This document shows positions 1 to 10,589 of a stretch of DNA of 64,000 nucleotides, in pieces. The DNA is taken from contig CAVWVI010000003.1 of NCBI GenBank assembly GCA_963758495.1, positions 1,152,001 through 1,216,000 of the forward strand, given 5' to 3'. Under the pieces are notes generated by a model. The model saw nothing but the letters and a program-made list of their open reading frames with translations, was not told where the DNA came from and ran no database searches. The translations under genes and the position numbers were made by a program. Numbering within the stretch: position 1 is the stretch's first letter; each line of letters starts with the position of its first letter. The stretch is from Oligoflexia bacterium. GTDB taxonomy: Bacteria; Bdellovibrionota; UBA1018.

Positions 1-2
1 TT

Positions 3-476
3 ATCAGAAAGACGATCCATTCTAACACTCCGTATTTGGGAGTTTGCTATGGTCACCAGATCTTAGCTCGAGCGATCAATAGTAAAGAGTACGTTAGAAA
101 ATCAGACACACCCGAGTTTGGTTGGACCCAGATTCAAATCGTCGAGCCTTCCTCTCTTTTGCAAGATATTCCCAAAACTTTTTATTCATACTCATTTCAC
201 TATGACGAAGTGAGTCAACTCCCTAAAGGAATGAGACAGCTTGCTTCGTCAGAGTTATGTTCAATTCAGGCTTGTCAACTTGAGAGACATCCGGTTTTTG
301 GTATCCAATTTCATCCAGAAAGAAATCTTTCTGATGTCGAAAAAACTCTAAAGCGAAATAAGGAAAAAGGCATTGTGCTTCCACCTTTTTTAAATCTGGG
401 TCGTGCCGAGAATCTTTATGATCCTAAAATCGGGGAGACAATTTTTAAAAATTTTCTTGAATTGGATAGAAAATAA
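3..476 (+). CDS. Type 1 glutamine amidotransferase (5'-partial)
   Basis: Frame open from window start; nucleophile elbow LGVCYGHQ and GIQFHPE (His-Glu) motifs. Confidence 0.85.
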   Translation: MRKTIHSNTPYLGVCYGHQILARAINSKEYVRKSDTPEFGWTQIQIVEPSSLLQDIPKTFYSYSFHYDEVSQLPKGMRQLASSELCSIQACQLERHPVFGIQFHPERNLSDVEKTLKRNKEKGIVLPPFLNLGRAENLYDPKIGETIFKNFLELDRK

Positions 477-1475
477 ATGACAAAAAAAATCATACCTTTT
501 TTAAAGCTCACTTTTGTACTTTTTCTTTTGTATTATTTAGTGAAGAAGGGCTTTATTTCAGTTCGAGCTATTCAAACCGCCTTGCAACAACGACAAAGAA
601 TGCTAGGCGCACTGGGAGCCCTCATTGCTACAACTACTCTTGGAGTTTTCCGGTGGCAATGGCTTTTAAAAGCCCAAAATATTCATATGAGCTGGATACG
701 AACTTTTCAACTCACCATGATCGGAATTTTCTTTAATATCGCACTGCCTGGCGCTGTGAGTGGCGACTTTGTCAAAGCTTTTTATGTAGGGAAGGAAATC
801 AAAGGAAAAAAAAGCCGCGCTTTTGGAAGCATTCTCTTTGATCGGGTAGCAGGGTTATCTGCGCTAGTCCTTGTATCGGCTGGAGCATTAGCGCTTGGCT
901 TTCGCTCTTATTTACACTCACCGTTGTTCAGCGCTATCCAATTTCTAATTGAAGGAGCTGCTCTCTGCGTATTATTCTTTTATGGATACCTTTTTTTAGT
1001 ACGAGAACATCACGATCCCTTGTTGAGACTTTTTCGTAAATTGGAAAAGTCTGTTCCAAAAACTGCTCCCTTAGCCCGAATTTATGAAAGCCTGCGCCAT
1101 TATCACAATCATCGCATGATTGTTTTCAAAGTGTTGGCTCTATCTGTCATGATTCATCTCATAGTGGGTTGGAGCTGCCTGAATTTTGCCCAAGCTCTAG
1201 GCGATTTAAACATACCCATCCTCTCTCTTTATGTCGTCGTACCTTTAGGACTCCTCTTGACTGCCATTCCCGTTGCTCCTGCTGGGGTTGGGACTGGAAA
1301 TCTTGCATTTCTCTATTTATTTAACTTGATGGGTTCTGAGCGAGGTGCAGATGTTTACAGCTTACTCGCAGTCATGAATATTCTAATAGGTGCAATTGGT
1401 GGGATCATTTACTTTCGCTTTAAGAGCGAAGGAGAACTTCCAAAGTTTCAAAGTTCCAAAGTTTCTCAAGTTTAA
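477..1475 (+). CDS. Lysylphosphatidylglycerol synthase TM-domain / UPF0104 flippase-like membrane protein
   Basis: RWQWLL, FFNIALPGAVSGD, DRVAGL, AIPVAPAGVG motifs; multiple TM helices. Confidence 0.85.
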   Translation: MTKKIIPFLKLTFVLFLLYYLVKKGFISVRAIQTALQQRQRMLGALGALIATTTLGVFRWQWLLKAQNIHMSWIRTFQLTMIGIFFNIALPGAVSGDFVKAFYVGKEIKGKKSRAFGSILFDRVAGLSALVLVSAGALALGFRSYLHSPLFSAIQFLIEGAALCVLFFYGYLFLVREHHDPLLRLFRKLEKSVPKTAPLARIYESLRHYHNHRMIVFKVLALSVMIHLIVGWSCLNFAQALGDLNIPILSLYVVVPLGLLLTAIPVAPAGVGTGNLAFLYLFNLMGSERGADVYSLLAVMNILIGAIGGIIYFRFKSEGELPKFQSSKVSQV

Positions 1476-1510
1476 AGAAGGTAAGTGGGCTTTCGGCACA
1501 CCCTTCGCAA

Positions 1511-2659
1511 ATGAAGCCGCCTATGTTCACTCTTCGCCCTTTTCAAGCAGCGGCCCTTCAGGCCATGAATCACTCTCCCTTCCAAGGGAATCACGTCCTA
1601 TGCGTAGCCCCTACAGGCTCTGGCAAGAGTCTGATCTATGAGCAAGCAGCATCGCTCGATGGACGTCGCACTCTGCTGATCACCCCTTTGGTCGCGCTCG
1701 CTCGACAACAATTTAAAAAATTAAAAACTTTAGGTATTCCTGTAAGCCTAGGGGCGGGTGGGGTCTCAGAAAATCCCCCCAATACGAAGACCGGAGCCTG
1801 GATCATCAGTCCTGAAATGCTCAACTTTCCCTCAAGACATAATGCTCTCACTCGATGGAAACCCAACTTACTTGTTGTAGATGAATGTCATTGCTTATGG
1901 GAATGGGGTGAATCATTTAGACCTTCATTCACGCTCATTCCAGAACTGCTGCAAAAATATTCAATACTCCAAAGCCTATGGCTAACTGCCACTTTACCTT
2001 TTGAAGCTCGATCCCAAATTCGTCAACTCCTACCCCAACCCTTGATTGAAATTGGACATTTTGAACTTCCCAAACAACTCCTTCTTTATGTCCAGCAAGT
2101 AGGCTGGGAAAATCGTGCTCAGACCTTGCTCAGCTGGGTTCTTCGTCAAAAAGGCGCCGGAATTATATTTGTACCCACTCGAGAAGCCACACTTCGCGTA
2201 TCCCGTTTGATAGAAGCCACTGGGAAAAAAGTACTGATCTATCATGGGGGAATGTCTAGAGAGGAAAGAAAAAATGCTGAGTCTCTCGTATCGCAAAATA
2301 TTCACTCAGTGATTGTGGCCACTTCAGCCTTCGGCATGGGAATGGACTATCCACACCTCACTTATGTAGTCCTTTGGCAGGCCCCCACTTCTCTTCTTTC
2401 TCTAGTGCAAACGATTGGACGAGTCGGGCGTAATATTCAAAAAAAAGCACATGCGCTTGTTTTGTGGGACCATGATGATTTTAGATTGCTAGAGTGGACA
2501 GTTCAACATTCTCCAAAACGAAGACAAGAACTAGCTGATTTATTCATATTTTTTAAATCTAATACATGTAGAACATTCGCGCTCAAGCGTTACTTTGATC
2601 GAATTACCCATTGTGGAACTTGTGGCCAATGCGATATTTGTCTAAAGGAAGCAGACTGA
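1511..2659 (+). CDS. Short RecQ-family DExH helicase
   Basis: APTGSGKS, VVDECHC, WGESFRP, TAT, ATSAFGMGMD, QTIGRVGR; C-terminal Zn Cys cluster; no HRDC domain. Confidence 0.85.
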   Translation: MKPPMFTLRPFQAAALQAMNHSPFQGNHVLCVAPTGSGKSLIYEQAASLDGRRTLLITPLVALARQQFKKLKTLGIPVSLGAGGVSENPPNTKTGAWIISPEMLNFPSRHNALTRWKPNLLVVDECHCLWEWGESFRPSFTLIPELLQKYSILQSLWLTATLPFEARSQIRQLLPQPLIEIGHFELPKQLLLYVQQVGWENRAQTLLSWVLRQKGAGIIFVPTREATLRVSRLIEATGKKVLIYHGGMSREERKNAESLVSQNIHSVIVATSAFGMGMDYPHLTYVVLWQAPTSLLSLVQTIGRVGRNIQKKAHALVLWDHDDFRLLEWTVQHSPKRRQELADLFIFFKSNTCRTFALKRYFDRITHCGTCGQCDICLKEAD

Positions 2660-2707
2660 TCTTTGACGATGTCAATCGATTCAGTAGATGACTAATTTTA
2701 TTAAATA

Positions 2708-2785
<78 letters not shown>

Positions 2786-2898
2786 ACACTCATTAAATCT
2801 ATGATTCCATTAGGATCACTGCGGTTTTTAGACCGCTTAGAGATTTACCTTAATTACCGGATCTTACAGGCTATTACAATAACTTTACTGCCAATTTT

Positions 2899-4362
2899 TT
2901 AAAAAAGACTCTTGAGTCCAATTAAAGTAACGTCATTTTCAGTCGCCCTCATTGCAGCCTGGAGCGTAGGCTCTTTTGAAATGCACAGATACCGCTTCAC
3001 CGAATAAGATGGGGGTGGAATGTATTTTTTTTTGGCAACCTTTTTAATATATTTCGAACCCTCATTATTGTCAGGACCAACCCACTTACACTCTATAATA
3101 CGAGAAATTCGATCTTTTTGATGTTCTACGAGAATGTCAATTTCAGTTTCTTTGTCCCAATAAAATAGGACATCATATTCATTATCCCTCAATAGAAGGA
3201 GTTTGTAGAGTTCTGAACTATGTACAGTTTTTCTTTCAAGACTGTATCGAACTAATAACTCAAAGGCTTTGCCTGAGAAATTCTGAATAAAATAATTTGC
3301 ATTACTGTTTCCAACGACTTGCGGAAACAATAGGCCCTTGGCTTTATTGGATTCAATTTTCGACTTATATGGAAGAAGCACTTGAAAATAAAAACCGAGA
3401 TAAAAGTCCTTCATAAAATAAAGGGTGCCTGCTTCATTTTGCTTTTTAGTGTGAGCAGGGGCCTTTTGAAATACCAGCCCATAATCCGAAAGATTTTTAA
3501 GGGCACGTGCGACCGTTGTAAGAGCAAAGCCGGTAATCCTTTGTATCGCCGCTTGTGTTGTCCCACTTTGCCCTAAGCAGCTCAATATTGTTTTCGCCGT
3601 TTTCAGTCCGTGCTCATTAAATTCAAGACGAAGAACCTCATCTATTTCTTCCAAGAAAATAGTATCGTCTGTGAAAACAGCGTCGTTCATGCACTGAATG
3701 AATCCGCGACTAGAGTCTTTTATTCGGTTGAGATAGTAGGGGATTCCTCCCAACATCATATATGTCAGAGCAACTTCTTCATTCTTCCATTTAGGAAAGT
3801 AGAGTTTCTTTACCTGCCCCAACGTAAAAGGGTAAATCCAGATATCCGATCGAGTTTTTAATCCCCTCAGAATCGCTTCTTCGCCCCCTGTTTTTTGCAA
3901 AAAAAATTTATTTGAGGAACCACAAATAATAACTTTTACTCCAAGACTTTCCCAATCCAGCCAAGCTTCTTTTATAGCTCCAATACATCCAGACTTCGCT
4001 TTTGCAATCCATTGAATCTCATCGAATATGAGAATCACCCCGACTTTACTTTCTCGAACATGGTCAGAGATTTCAGAGAAAACCCTTATCCAACTCAGTC
4101 TCTTGAGTTCCGTGAGTCGAGTCTTGCCTGTAAACTTATCCCATTGCTCTGCAAAGGAATCAAGGAGCCCCCTCGTTGTGGAATCACCGGCTCCAAAGAA
4201 ATAAAAGACATGGGGTGTGGTGCGCTGCAGTTCCTTGAGGAGCGTTGATTTTCCTACGCGTCGTCTTCCTCGCACATATGCGAAGCCTGCTCTTTTCGAG
4301 GTTGCGAAAGCTGAGAGTTCTTTCAGTTCGATTGATCTGCCGAGCAGTGCCTGTTCACTCAT
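2899..4362 (-). CDS. Archaeal-type ATPase with wHTH and C-terminal PD-(D/E)XK-like nuclease domain
   Basis: GRSIEL N-terminus, Walker A GRRRVGKST, Walker B ILIFDEIQ, GGIPYYL, C-terminal EIDIL...IIECKW. Confidence 0.85.
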   Translation of the reverse strand: MSEQALLGRSIELKELSAFATSKRAGFAYVRGRRRVGKSTLLKELQRTTPHVFYFFGAGDSTTRGLLDSFAEQWDKFTGKTRLTELKRLSWIRVFSEISDHVRESKVGVILIFDEIQWIAKAKSGCIGAIKEAWLDWESLGVKVIICGSSNKFFLQKTGGEEAILRGLKTRSDIWIYPFTLGQVKKLYFPKWKNEEVALTYMMLGGIPYYLNRIKDSSRGFIQCMNDAVFTDDTIFLEEIDEVLRLEFNEHGLKTAKTILSCLGQSGTTQAAIQRITGFALTTVARALKNLSDYGLVFQKAPAHTKKQNEAGTLYFMKDFYLGFYFQVLLPYKSKIESNKAKGLLFPQVVGNSNANYFIQNFSGKAFELLVRYSLERKTVHSSELYKLLLLRDNEYDVLFYWDKETEIDILVEHQKDRISRIIECKWVGPDNNEGSKYIKKVAKKKYIPPPSYSVKRYLCISKEPTLQAAMRATENDVTLIGLKSLF

Positions 4363-4369
4363 AATTTAC

Positions 4370-4530
4370 AAAAACTACCGCTTTATCTAAAAAATGTAAA
4401 CCGGTAGTTTTTTTATTGTATAATATCAATTAGTTAAATATAGAGTAATAATACTGCCTTGTAAAAAGCTATGAAAACAATAAGATAAAAACTACCTATT
4501 ATCCTACACAATAATAAACCGGTAGTTTTT
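4370..4530. promoter_or_regulatory. Two copies of a long inverted repeat (AAAAACTACC...GGTAGTTTTT), putative operators of the ATPase gene
   Basis: Palindromes at 4370-4412 and 4487-4530 share arms and near-identical spacing, directly upstream of the ATPase start. Confidence 0.65.
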
Positions 4531-4571
4531 GAAAGAGTCGCTCAAAAAATAAATATGTGAAGAGCAGTGAA

Positions 4572-5492
4572 TTACAAACTCACAGCCAAGCGAGCCACTA
4601 AAGCCGCTTGGATTCTGGAAGGGCGCTTTTCTTCACGCTCCATGCTTTGTACAATCTCAAAATTATCAGGATTGCTAAAAATTTCATTTAAAAGCCTACA
4701 ATGAAGATCATGGCCCGCGCGATGAAGGCGTACATAGGCCTGCATGGGAATTCCCGCTAATTTAAAATCTCCAAGTGCATCTAAAACTTTATGTCTAACG
4801 AATTCATCAGGATATCGAAGACCATCAGGATTTAAAATAAGGGCGTGATCCAAAACCACAGCATTTTCAAGCGAAGCCCCTCGAGCAAGTCCCATACTTT
4901 TGAGCTTTTCTACATCGCGTAAAAAACCAAATGTTCGAGCTCCTGCCAATTCGCAGAAATCCGTTTTGCCTTCTTGATAATGAAACTCCTGGTATCCAAT
5001 CGAAGGATGATCCCATTCAATTGAGCCATGAATTTCAAGCTTTGCGGCAGGCTCAGCTACGGCCCACTTTTCCCCCAGCTTTAACTCTACTTTTTTCCGA
5101 AGTGCTAGATAGGAGCGATATTGAAATTGAGATTCGATCCCGACAGAAGCAATCGCGTCACAAAATGCCCTCGAACTTCCATCCATCACAGGCACTTCGG
5201 GTCCATCTACTTCAATCATAGCATTATCAACTTCTAATCCATGAAATGCAGCTAAAACATGTTCAACCGTACTGATCGTAGCAGGTCCATACCCCAAGGT
5301 AGTTGCCATCTGAGTACTTACGACATGATTATAGAGAGCAGAAATCTTAGGACAACCTGGAAGATCAGTCCGAACAAACACAATTCCAGTATGAGGAGAA
5401 GCAGGCTTAAGTGTGATACGGGTAGATTTACCTGAATGAACCCCCACTCCCATCAGAGAAACTTCAGCTTTTAAAGTTCGTTGTAAACCCAT
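4572..5492 (-). CDS. lpxC: UDP-3-O-acyl-N-acetylglucosamine deacetylase
   Basis: QRTLK, TVEHVLAA, ARTFGF, RHKVLDALGD; start set at ATG 5492 after GGAG RBS. Confidence 0.97.
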   Translation of the reverse strand: MGLQRTLKAEVSLMGVGVHSGKSTRITLKPASPHTGIVFVRTDLPGCPKISALYNHVVSTQMATTLGYGPATISTVEHVLAAFHGLEVDNAMIEVDGPEVPVMDGSSRAFCDAIASVGIESQFQYRSYLALRKKVELKLGEKWAVAEPAAKLEIHGSIEWDHPSIGYQEFHYQEGKTDFCELAGARTFGFLRDVEKLKSMGLARGASLENAVVLDHALILNPDGLRYPDEFVRHKVLDALGDFKLAGIPMQAYVRLHRAGHDLHCRLLNEIFSNPDNFEIVQSMEREEKRPSRIQAALVARLAVSL

Positions 5493-5520
5493 AGCTCTCC
5501 TTGCCTTTGACACAGAGAGA

Positions 5521-5536
5521 AGCAAGCGCTGTGCCT
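5521..5536 (-). promoter_or_regulatory. Sigma54-type -24/-12 promoter upstream of lpxC
   Basis: Minus strand AGGCACAGCGCTTGCT (GG-N10-GC) about 30 bp before the ATG. Confidence 0.55.
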
Positions 5537-5744
5537 AAATCACAAAGACATACACATTTATTATTTTTTTTACATATAAAGCAAATTCATATGTAATTTC
5601 AGCTAGTAAGAAATACAGACTCATCCAATTCGAGATTGAAACTATTTGCTTTAAGAAACTCATTGGCAAAAAGTGTGTCTTTGATTACACAACTTGCCTT
5701 TGAACCTGTGTTGTTTACACAACACTTAGAATAAATAAATCACC

Positions 5745-6848
5745 TTAAACCATCTCGTCCGAGACTGCCTCTTTAACATCCCAAGTACGTCCTAGATGCT
5801 CATATGCAGTACGGGTCACCATTCGACCCCGTGGAGTGCGCTGAATAAAGCCCTCTTGTAATAGATAAGGCTCATATACATCTTCTAAAGTATCTCTTTC
5901 TTCACCAATGGCTGAGGAAAGGGTTTCAATTCCTACAGGACCCCCATCGAATTTCTCAATAATCGTCAAAAGGAATTTCCGATCGAGAGAGTCCAAACCT
6001 CGATCATCCACTTCAAATAACGCCAAAGCAGCACGAGCAGTATCGCGGTCCACCTGTGCTAATCCCTCAATCGATTTCCTCTTCACTTGAGCAAAATCAC
6101 GTACTCGCTTGAGTAACCGATTTGCAATCCGAGGAGTGCCCCGGGAACGCTTCGCAATTTCATTACAACCCGAAGAATCAATCTCTATTTGAAGGAGTCC
6201 TGCCGAACGATAAACAATTCGCTCCAATTCGTCCACCGGATAGAAATCAAGTCTAAGCTGAACTCCAAACCGGTCTCGTAACGGACTCGACAGCAATCCT
6301 GTTCGAGTCGTTGCTCCGACGAGTGTAAATTTAGGCAAATCAATTCTTAACGTGCGAGCTGCCGGACCTTGACCAATAATGAGATCGAGTTTGAAATCTT
6401 CCATGGCCCCATACAGAACTTCTTCGATACTTTTTTGTAATCGATGTACCTCATCAATAAAAAGAACATCTCCGACACCCAGATTAGTCAAGATCGCAGC
6501 TAAATCCCCTTTTTTCTCCACATTTGGTCCGGTAACTACGTGAATTTGGGTACCCATCTCATGAGCAATAATATTGGCTAAAGTGGTCTTCCCTAAACCA
6601 GGGGGACCAGCAAGAAGAACATGATCCAGTGAATCCCCTCTTCCTCGAGCAGCTTCCATAAATAAAGAGAGATTCTCTTTGACTTTCTTTTGTCCAATAT
6701 ACTCTCCCATAATGGAAGGCCTGAGACTCTTCTCTAATTGCTGCTCCTTTTGATCATAGGATTCATTGTCCGAATGACTGTCTGATTGACCATCTGATTG
6801 AATGATCAGCTCTGAACTGACAATTCGTGAAAATTCCTGCGACTCCAT
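5745..6848 (-). CDS. ruvB: Holliday junction branch migration helicase RuvB
   Basis: [43 protein letters not shown]. Confidence 0.98.
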   Translation of the reverse strand: MESQEFSRIVSSELIIQSDGQSDSHSDNESYDQKEQQLEKSLRPSIMGEYIGQKKVKENLSLFMEAARGRGDSLDHVLLAGPPGLGKTTLANIIAHEMGTQIHVVTGPNVEKKGDLAAILTNLGVGDVLFIDEVHRLQKSIEEVLYGAMEDFKLDLIIGQGPAARTLRIDLPKFTLVGATTRTGLLSSPLRDRFGVQLRLDFYPVDELERIVYRSAGLLQIEIDSSGCNEIAKRSRGTPRIANRLLKRVRDFAQVKRKSIEGLAQVDRDTARAALALFEVDDRGLDSLDRKFLLTIIEKFDGGPVGIETLSSAIGEERDTLEDVYEPYLLQEGFIQRTPRGRMVTRTAYEHLGRTWDVKEAVSDEMV

Positions 6849-6878
6849 AACTGTTTCCTTAAATTTTCTTTAAATTCT

Positions 6879-7556
6879 TTAGGCAAGTTGCCTAAGAGCC
6901 GTTCGAATTAAATCTTCTGCACGCTTAGGCGGCAGTTCACTATCATTTAAAACCTGGTTTAATAGCTGTTGAATATCTTGCTCTCGATAACCTAAATTTA
7001 ATAATGCTGCTTTTGCATCCCGCACTACACTCGTGTCCGTAGTGTTCTCTAGACCTTTCACCCCATCTCCCTCCAAGGAGTTTTGGGAAGAGTTTTTCGA
7101 CTTCGAAGTTTTTGCCAAAATTCCCAAATCTACTTTTTTCTTAATTGAATCTCGTAACTCCACTACAACACGTTCTGCCGTTTTTTTCCCGATCCCCGGA
7201 GCTCGCGTCAAAAATGCTTGATCTCCCTGTATAATCGCATCAACGAGTTGATTGGGCTCAACAACTGAAAGAATTCCAAGAGCACTTTTGGGACCGATCC
7301 CGTTGACAGTCAATAAAGTTAAAAATAAAGCTTTCTCAAATTTGGAATTAAATCCATAAAGGTCAAACGACTCTTCTCGAACATGAGTATGCACAAAAAG
7401 CTCAATCATTTGACCGGCTAAGTAAGAACCATAAATCGCACTCTGAGGTACAGCAACGGAATATCCCACCACACCCGACTGTTTTCGATCTCCAACACCG
7501 ATCAGCATCTTTCCATCTGAATGTTCTAGAATTTCACCCTGTAAATATCCAATCAT
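6879..7556 (-). CDS. ruvA: Holliday junction branch migration protein RuvA
   Basis: MIGYLQG, HVRE..LYGF, VNGIGPKSAL, PGIGKKTAER. Confidence 0.97.
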   Translation of the reverse strand: MIGYLQGEILEHSDGKMLIGVGDRKQSGVVGYSVAVPQSAIYGSYLAGQMIELFVHTHVREESFDLYGFNSKFEKALFLTLLTVNGIGPKSALGILSVVEPNQLVDAIIQGDQAFLTRAPGIGKKTAERVVVELRDSIKKKVDLGILAKTSKSKNSSQNSLEGDGVKGLENTTDTSVVRDAKAALLNLGYREQDIQQLLNQVLNDSELPPKRAEDLIRTALRQLA

Positions 7557-7559
7557 TCA

Positions 7560-8162
7560 TTAAACTTTCTTGAAGTAAGTGATTCCCAATGATTCTGCTA
7601 GGGACGGTCTTTTCTTATTACGCCGATTTAACCCAGACTTCAAGGCGGCTGAAATAGCTGTTTCTTTTCCATCTATCGTACGATCCACAAAAGCGTGACA
7701 GATTGCCAAGGCCAATGCATCGGAAGCATCCAGCGTCACAAATGACTGCTTCCCAATAAGAATTTGAATCATTTTTGCCACTTGCTCTTTATCCGCCTGT
7801 CCATGTCCTGCCACCACCCTCTTCACTTCGGTGGGACTATAATCCACGATATGTAAAGAATGAATTTTGCCTGTTAAAATGACGGCTCCTCGCGCCTGAC
7901 CGAGCTTCAATGCTGAAAGTGCATTCTTAGCAAAAAAAACTTTCTCAACCACCATGACTTTAGGTTTAAATTCCTGAATGATAGCAGACAACCCCTCATA
8001 AATAGAAAGGAGTCTATCTTCAAAGGAAGCTATTGATTTACCACTCGTCTTTGAGAGTCTTAAAGTGCCATGTGCAACATGCTGCAGCTGATTTCCTACT
8101 TTATCAATACAGCCATAGCCTGTAAGTCGGGAACCTGGATCAACCCCAAGAATTCGCATCAA
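7560..8162 (-). CDS. ruvC: Crossover junction endodeoxyribonuclease RuvC
   Basis: RILGVDPG, VEKVFF, LGQARG, DASDALALAICH. Confidence 0.97.
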   Translation of the reverse strand: MMRILGVDPGSRLTGYGCIDKVGNQLQHVAHGTLRLSKTSGKSIASFEDRLLSIYEGLSAIIQEFKPKVMVVEKVFFAKNALSALKLGQARGAVILTGKIHSLHIVDYSPTEVKRVVAGHGQADKEQVAKMIQILIGKQSFVTLDASDALALAICHAFVDRTIDGKETAISAALKSGLNRRNKKRPSLAESLGITYFKKV

Positions 8163-8172
8163 TCACCGCTCG

Positions 8173-9312
8173 TCAAACAAGCGTACGGTCATAAATTCGG
8201 TAAACCTTAGTTCTCTCGCCGCACATCAACTGTAAGGCCTTGTTCATGGGCTTATTGTCTTCCAAAATCCAAGACGCCTCCCCCACTGGGTATCCTAATG
8301 CAGGCCCCCTCTTTAGATATTCCGTATAGAGCAAAGGCCCTATACCCGACTCTCGATAAGCTTTCTTAATCCCCAAAGTTAAAATACGACATCGATTGAT
8401 AGTTGATTTCCTCCCTGGTCCTTTCAAATTCCACAACAGCTTGAAAATTCCAGTCGGGAAAAGCTTACCATCTTTTACTTTTTTAATTGCTTGATTCACA
8501 TCGGGCAGAGTCAATGCAAAACCTGCAGGTACACCCCGAACCTCTGCAATTAAACAAAGCTCAGGATCTAAAATCATTTTTAGATCTTTTGCCATATGTC
8601 TAAACTCATCTGGTTCCATGGGCACAAAACCCCAATTTTTTTCCCAGGCGTCGTTATAGATATCTAAAATAATCTCAATTTCCTTTTCAAACTGACTCAT
8701 TCGTACAGGTCGAAAAGTGACTGCACCCCGTTTTTTTAAGCGTTCAGATTGCACAACAAGACGATCAGAAAATTTTGCTTTCCTTCCATCAATGTCATAC
8801 GCAAAGAGATCTTTAGACTTTAAACAACCCCAACTCTCAAGCATTTTAAAATAATAGGGAGGGTTATAGGTCATCATCACTGTAGGTGGGTCATTAAAGC
8901 CTTCAACCAAGAGTCCGCACTCATGGTTCGTGCTTGGATTCATGGGCCCTCTGAGTAAATTCATGCCTTGAGTTTTTGCCCATCGCGCCACTTCATCCAT
9001 AAGCAAATCCACCACTTTTTGATCTTCAACGGCTTCGAAAAATCCAAAAAATGCGGTTTTTTCATCATGATATTTATTGTGATTCTCATCCACAATACCC
9101 ACGACGCGCCCTACACACTTCCCATTTTGATGAACCAGCACTGGATGCATGTAAGAATGCTTAAAAAAAGGATTTTTATTTACATCAAGGATATCTTTAA
9201 CTGCAATTTTTAGGGGCGGTACCCAATTTGAATCTCCCCGATAAACATTCCAAGGAAGATCAATAAACTCACACCAGTCAGCCTTAGTCTCAACCGATTT
9301 CAGTTGATACAC
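8173..9312 (-). CDS. YghO-like GNAT acyltransferase, probable bacterial ceramide synthase
   Basis: FIDLPW..Y..D.NWVPPL, GFFE, GPMNPSTNHECGLLVEGF, YNPPYY, SWILEDN; directly downstream of spt. Confidence 0.7.
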   Translation of the reverse strand: MYQLKSVETKADWCEFIDLPWNVYRGDSNWVPPLKIAVKDILDVNKNPFFKHSYMHPVLVHQNGKCVGRVVGIVDENHNKYHDEKTAFFGFFEAVEDQKVVDLLMDEVARWAKTQGMNLLRGPMNPSTNHECGLLVEGFNDPPTVMMTYNPPYYFKMLESWGCLKSKDLFAYDIDGRKAKFSDRLVVQSERLKKRGAVTFRPVRMSQFEKEIEIILDIYNDAWEKNWGFVPMEPDEFRHMAKDLKMILDPELCLIAEVRGVPAGFALTLPDVNQAIKKVKDGKLFPTGIFKLLWNLKGPGRKSTINRCRILTLGIKKAYRESGIGPLLYTEYLKRGPALGYPVGEASWILEDNKPMNKALQLMCGERTKVYRIYDRTLV

Positions 9313-9341
9313 GCGTCACCCCTTTATTAAATTTTTAAAAC

Positions 9342-10589
9342 TTAATACCCAAAATGCGATTGAGCCAATGAAACAAGTTCAGCTTCACGGCTCGCATTGC
9401 CGATAATTCCAAATTCTTTACCTAATTTTTCCATAACATCAAGCACATAATTCAAATCTTGATCTGTATGCGAAGCCATATAACTCGTTCGAATTAAAGC
9501 ACATCCTTCAGGTACAGCCGGTCGAACGACAGGAGTTGCAAAAACTCCCAGCTCATAAAGCTTTTGAGTAAAATTAAATGCAGTGAAATCATCTCCAATC
9601 AATAAGGGAATAATCGGGGTCTGGCTATTTAGAGTATTAAAGCCCATATCCGATAATGCGGTTTTCATCTTTCTGGCATTTTTCCAGAGATTTGCTAAGT
9701 GATGAGGTTCGCTTTCTACCAAATTGAGACACTCTAAAACTGTTGCAGCAGATGCAGGAGGCATAGCAGCACTGAATATAAAAGGTCGGCATTTATGTTT
9801 AATATAATGAATGGTGTCCGCATCACCTGCTACAAAACCACCGATAGAAGAAAATGATTTAGAAAAAGTTCCGACAATCAGGTCAGCAGTTCCAATAGCA
9901 TTAAAATAATTTTCAGTACCTTGCCCTTTGGCACCGAGCACACCTAATGCATGTGCGTCATCAATATAGATTCGGCAATTATATTTCTTAGCGAGTTCTG
10001 CTGCTTTCGGAAAGTTAAAAATATCCCCCGACATTGAGAAAACACCATCAGCGACAATCAGGGCTCCTTCGTATTTTTCTCGAGTATTGATCAATACGCG
10101 TTCGAGGTCAGCCATATTATTATGGCGGAACTTGATCGTGTCCCCTAGAGCTACTAAAGTACCTTCAATAATCGAGGCATGATTTTCTCGATCGCTATAA
10201 ATTACATCATTTCTGCCCACTAAACAGGACAGAGCGCCTTGATTCGCTAAAAAACCTGTACTAAAAACTAAGCAGGCTTCCTTTTGTAAAAAATGAGCCA
10301 ATCTTTTTTCCAATTGCTCATGAAGCACCAGGTTGCCATTCAAAAAACGAGAACCTGTACAACCTGTCCCCAATTGTTCAATTGCAGTTTGAGCAGCAGC
10401 TTGAACTTTCGGATGGTGAGTAAGTCCTAAGTAATTATTAGAACCAATCATGACGCGACGTTTTCCGTCGGTTACAACACTCGACCCTGCAGTGGATTCA
10501 ATCGCCCGAAAATAGGGATAAACTCCAGCAGCTTGAACACGCTTCGCATCTTCATATTCACGACACTTATTAAAAATATCTATTGTCAC
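9342..10589 (-). CDS. spt: Serine palmitoyltransferase (alpha-oxoamine synthase family)
   Basis: GVYPYFRAI, GSNNYLGL, GSRFLNG, NHASI, DDAH, GTFSKS (PLP lysine). Confidence 0.8.
   Translation of the reverse strand: MTIDIFNKCREYEDAKRVQAAGVYPYFRAIESTAGSSVVTDGKRRVMIGSNNYLGLTHHPKVQAAAQTAIEQLGTGCTGSRFLNGNLVLHEQLEKRLAHFLQKEACLVFSTGFLANQGALSCLVGRNDVIYSDRENHASIIEGTLVALGDTIKFRHNNMADLERVLINTREKYEGALIVADGVFSMSGDIFNFPKAAELAKKYNCRIYIDDAHALGVLGAKGQGTENYFNAIGTADLIVGTFSKSFSSIGGFVAGDADTIHYIKHKCRPFIFSAAMPPASAATVLECLNLVESEPHHLANLWKNARKMKTALSDMGFNTLNSQTPIIPLLIGDDFTAFNFTQKLYELGVFATPVVRPAVPEGCALIRTSYMASHTDQDLNYVLDVMEKLGKEFGIIGNASREAELVSLAQSHFGY

Noticed and set aside
1493..1508. GG-N10-GC sigma54-like motif before recQ
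   Set aside because: Predicted TSS would fall downstream of the annotated ATG; may be chance.
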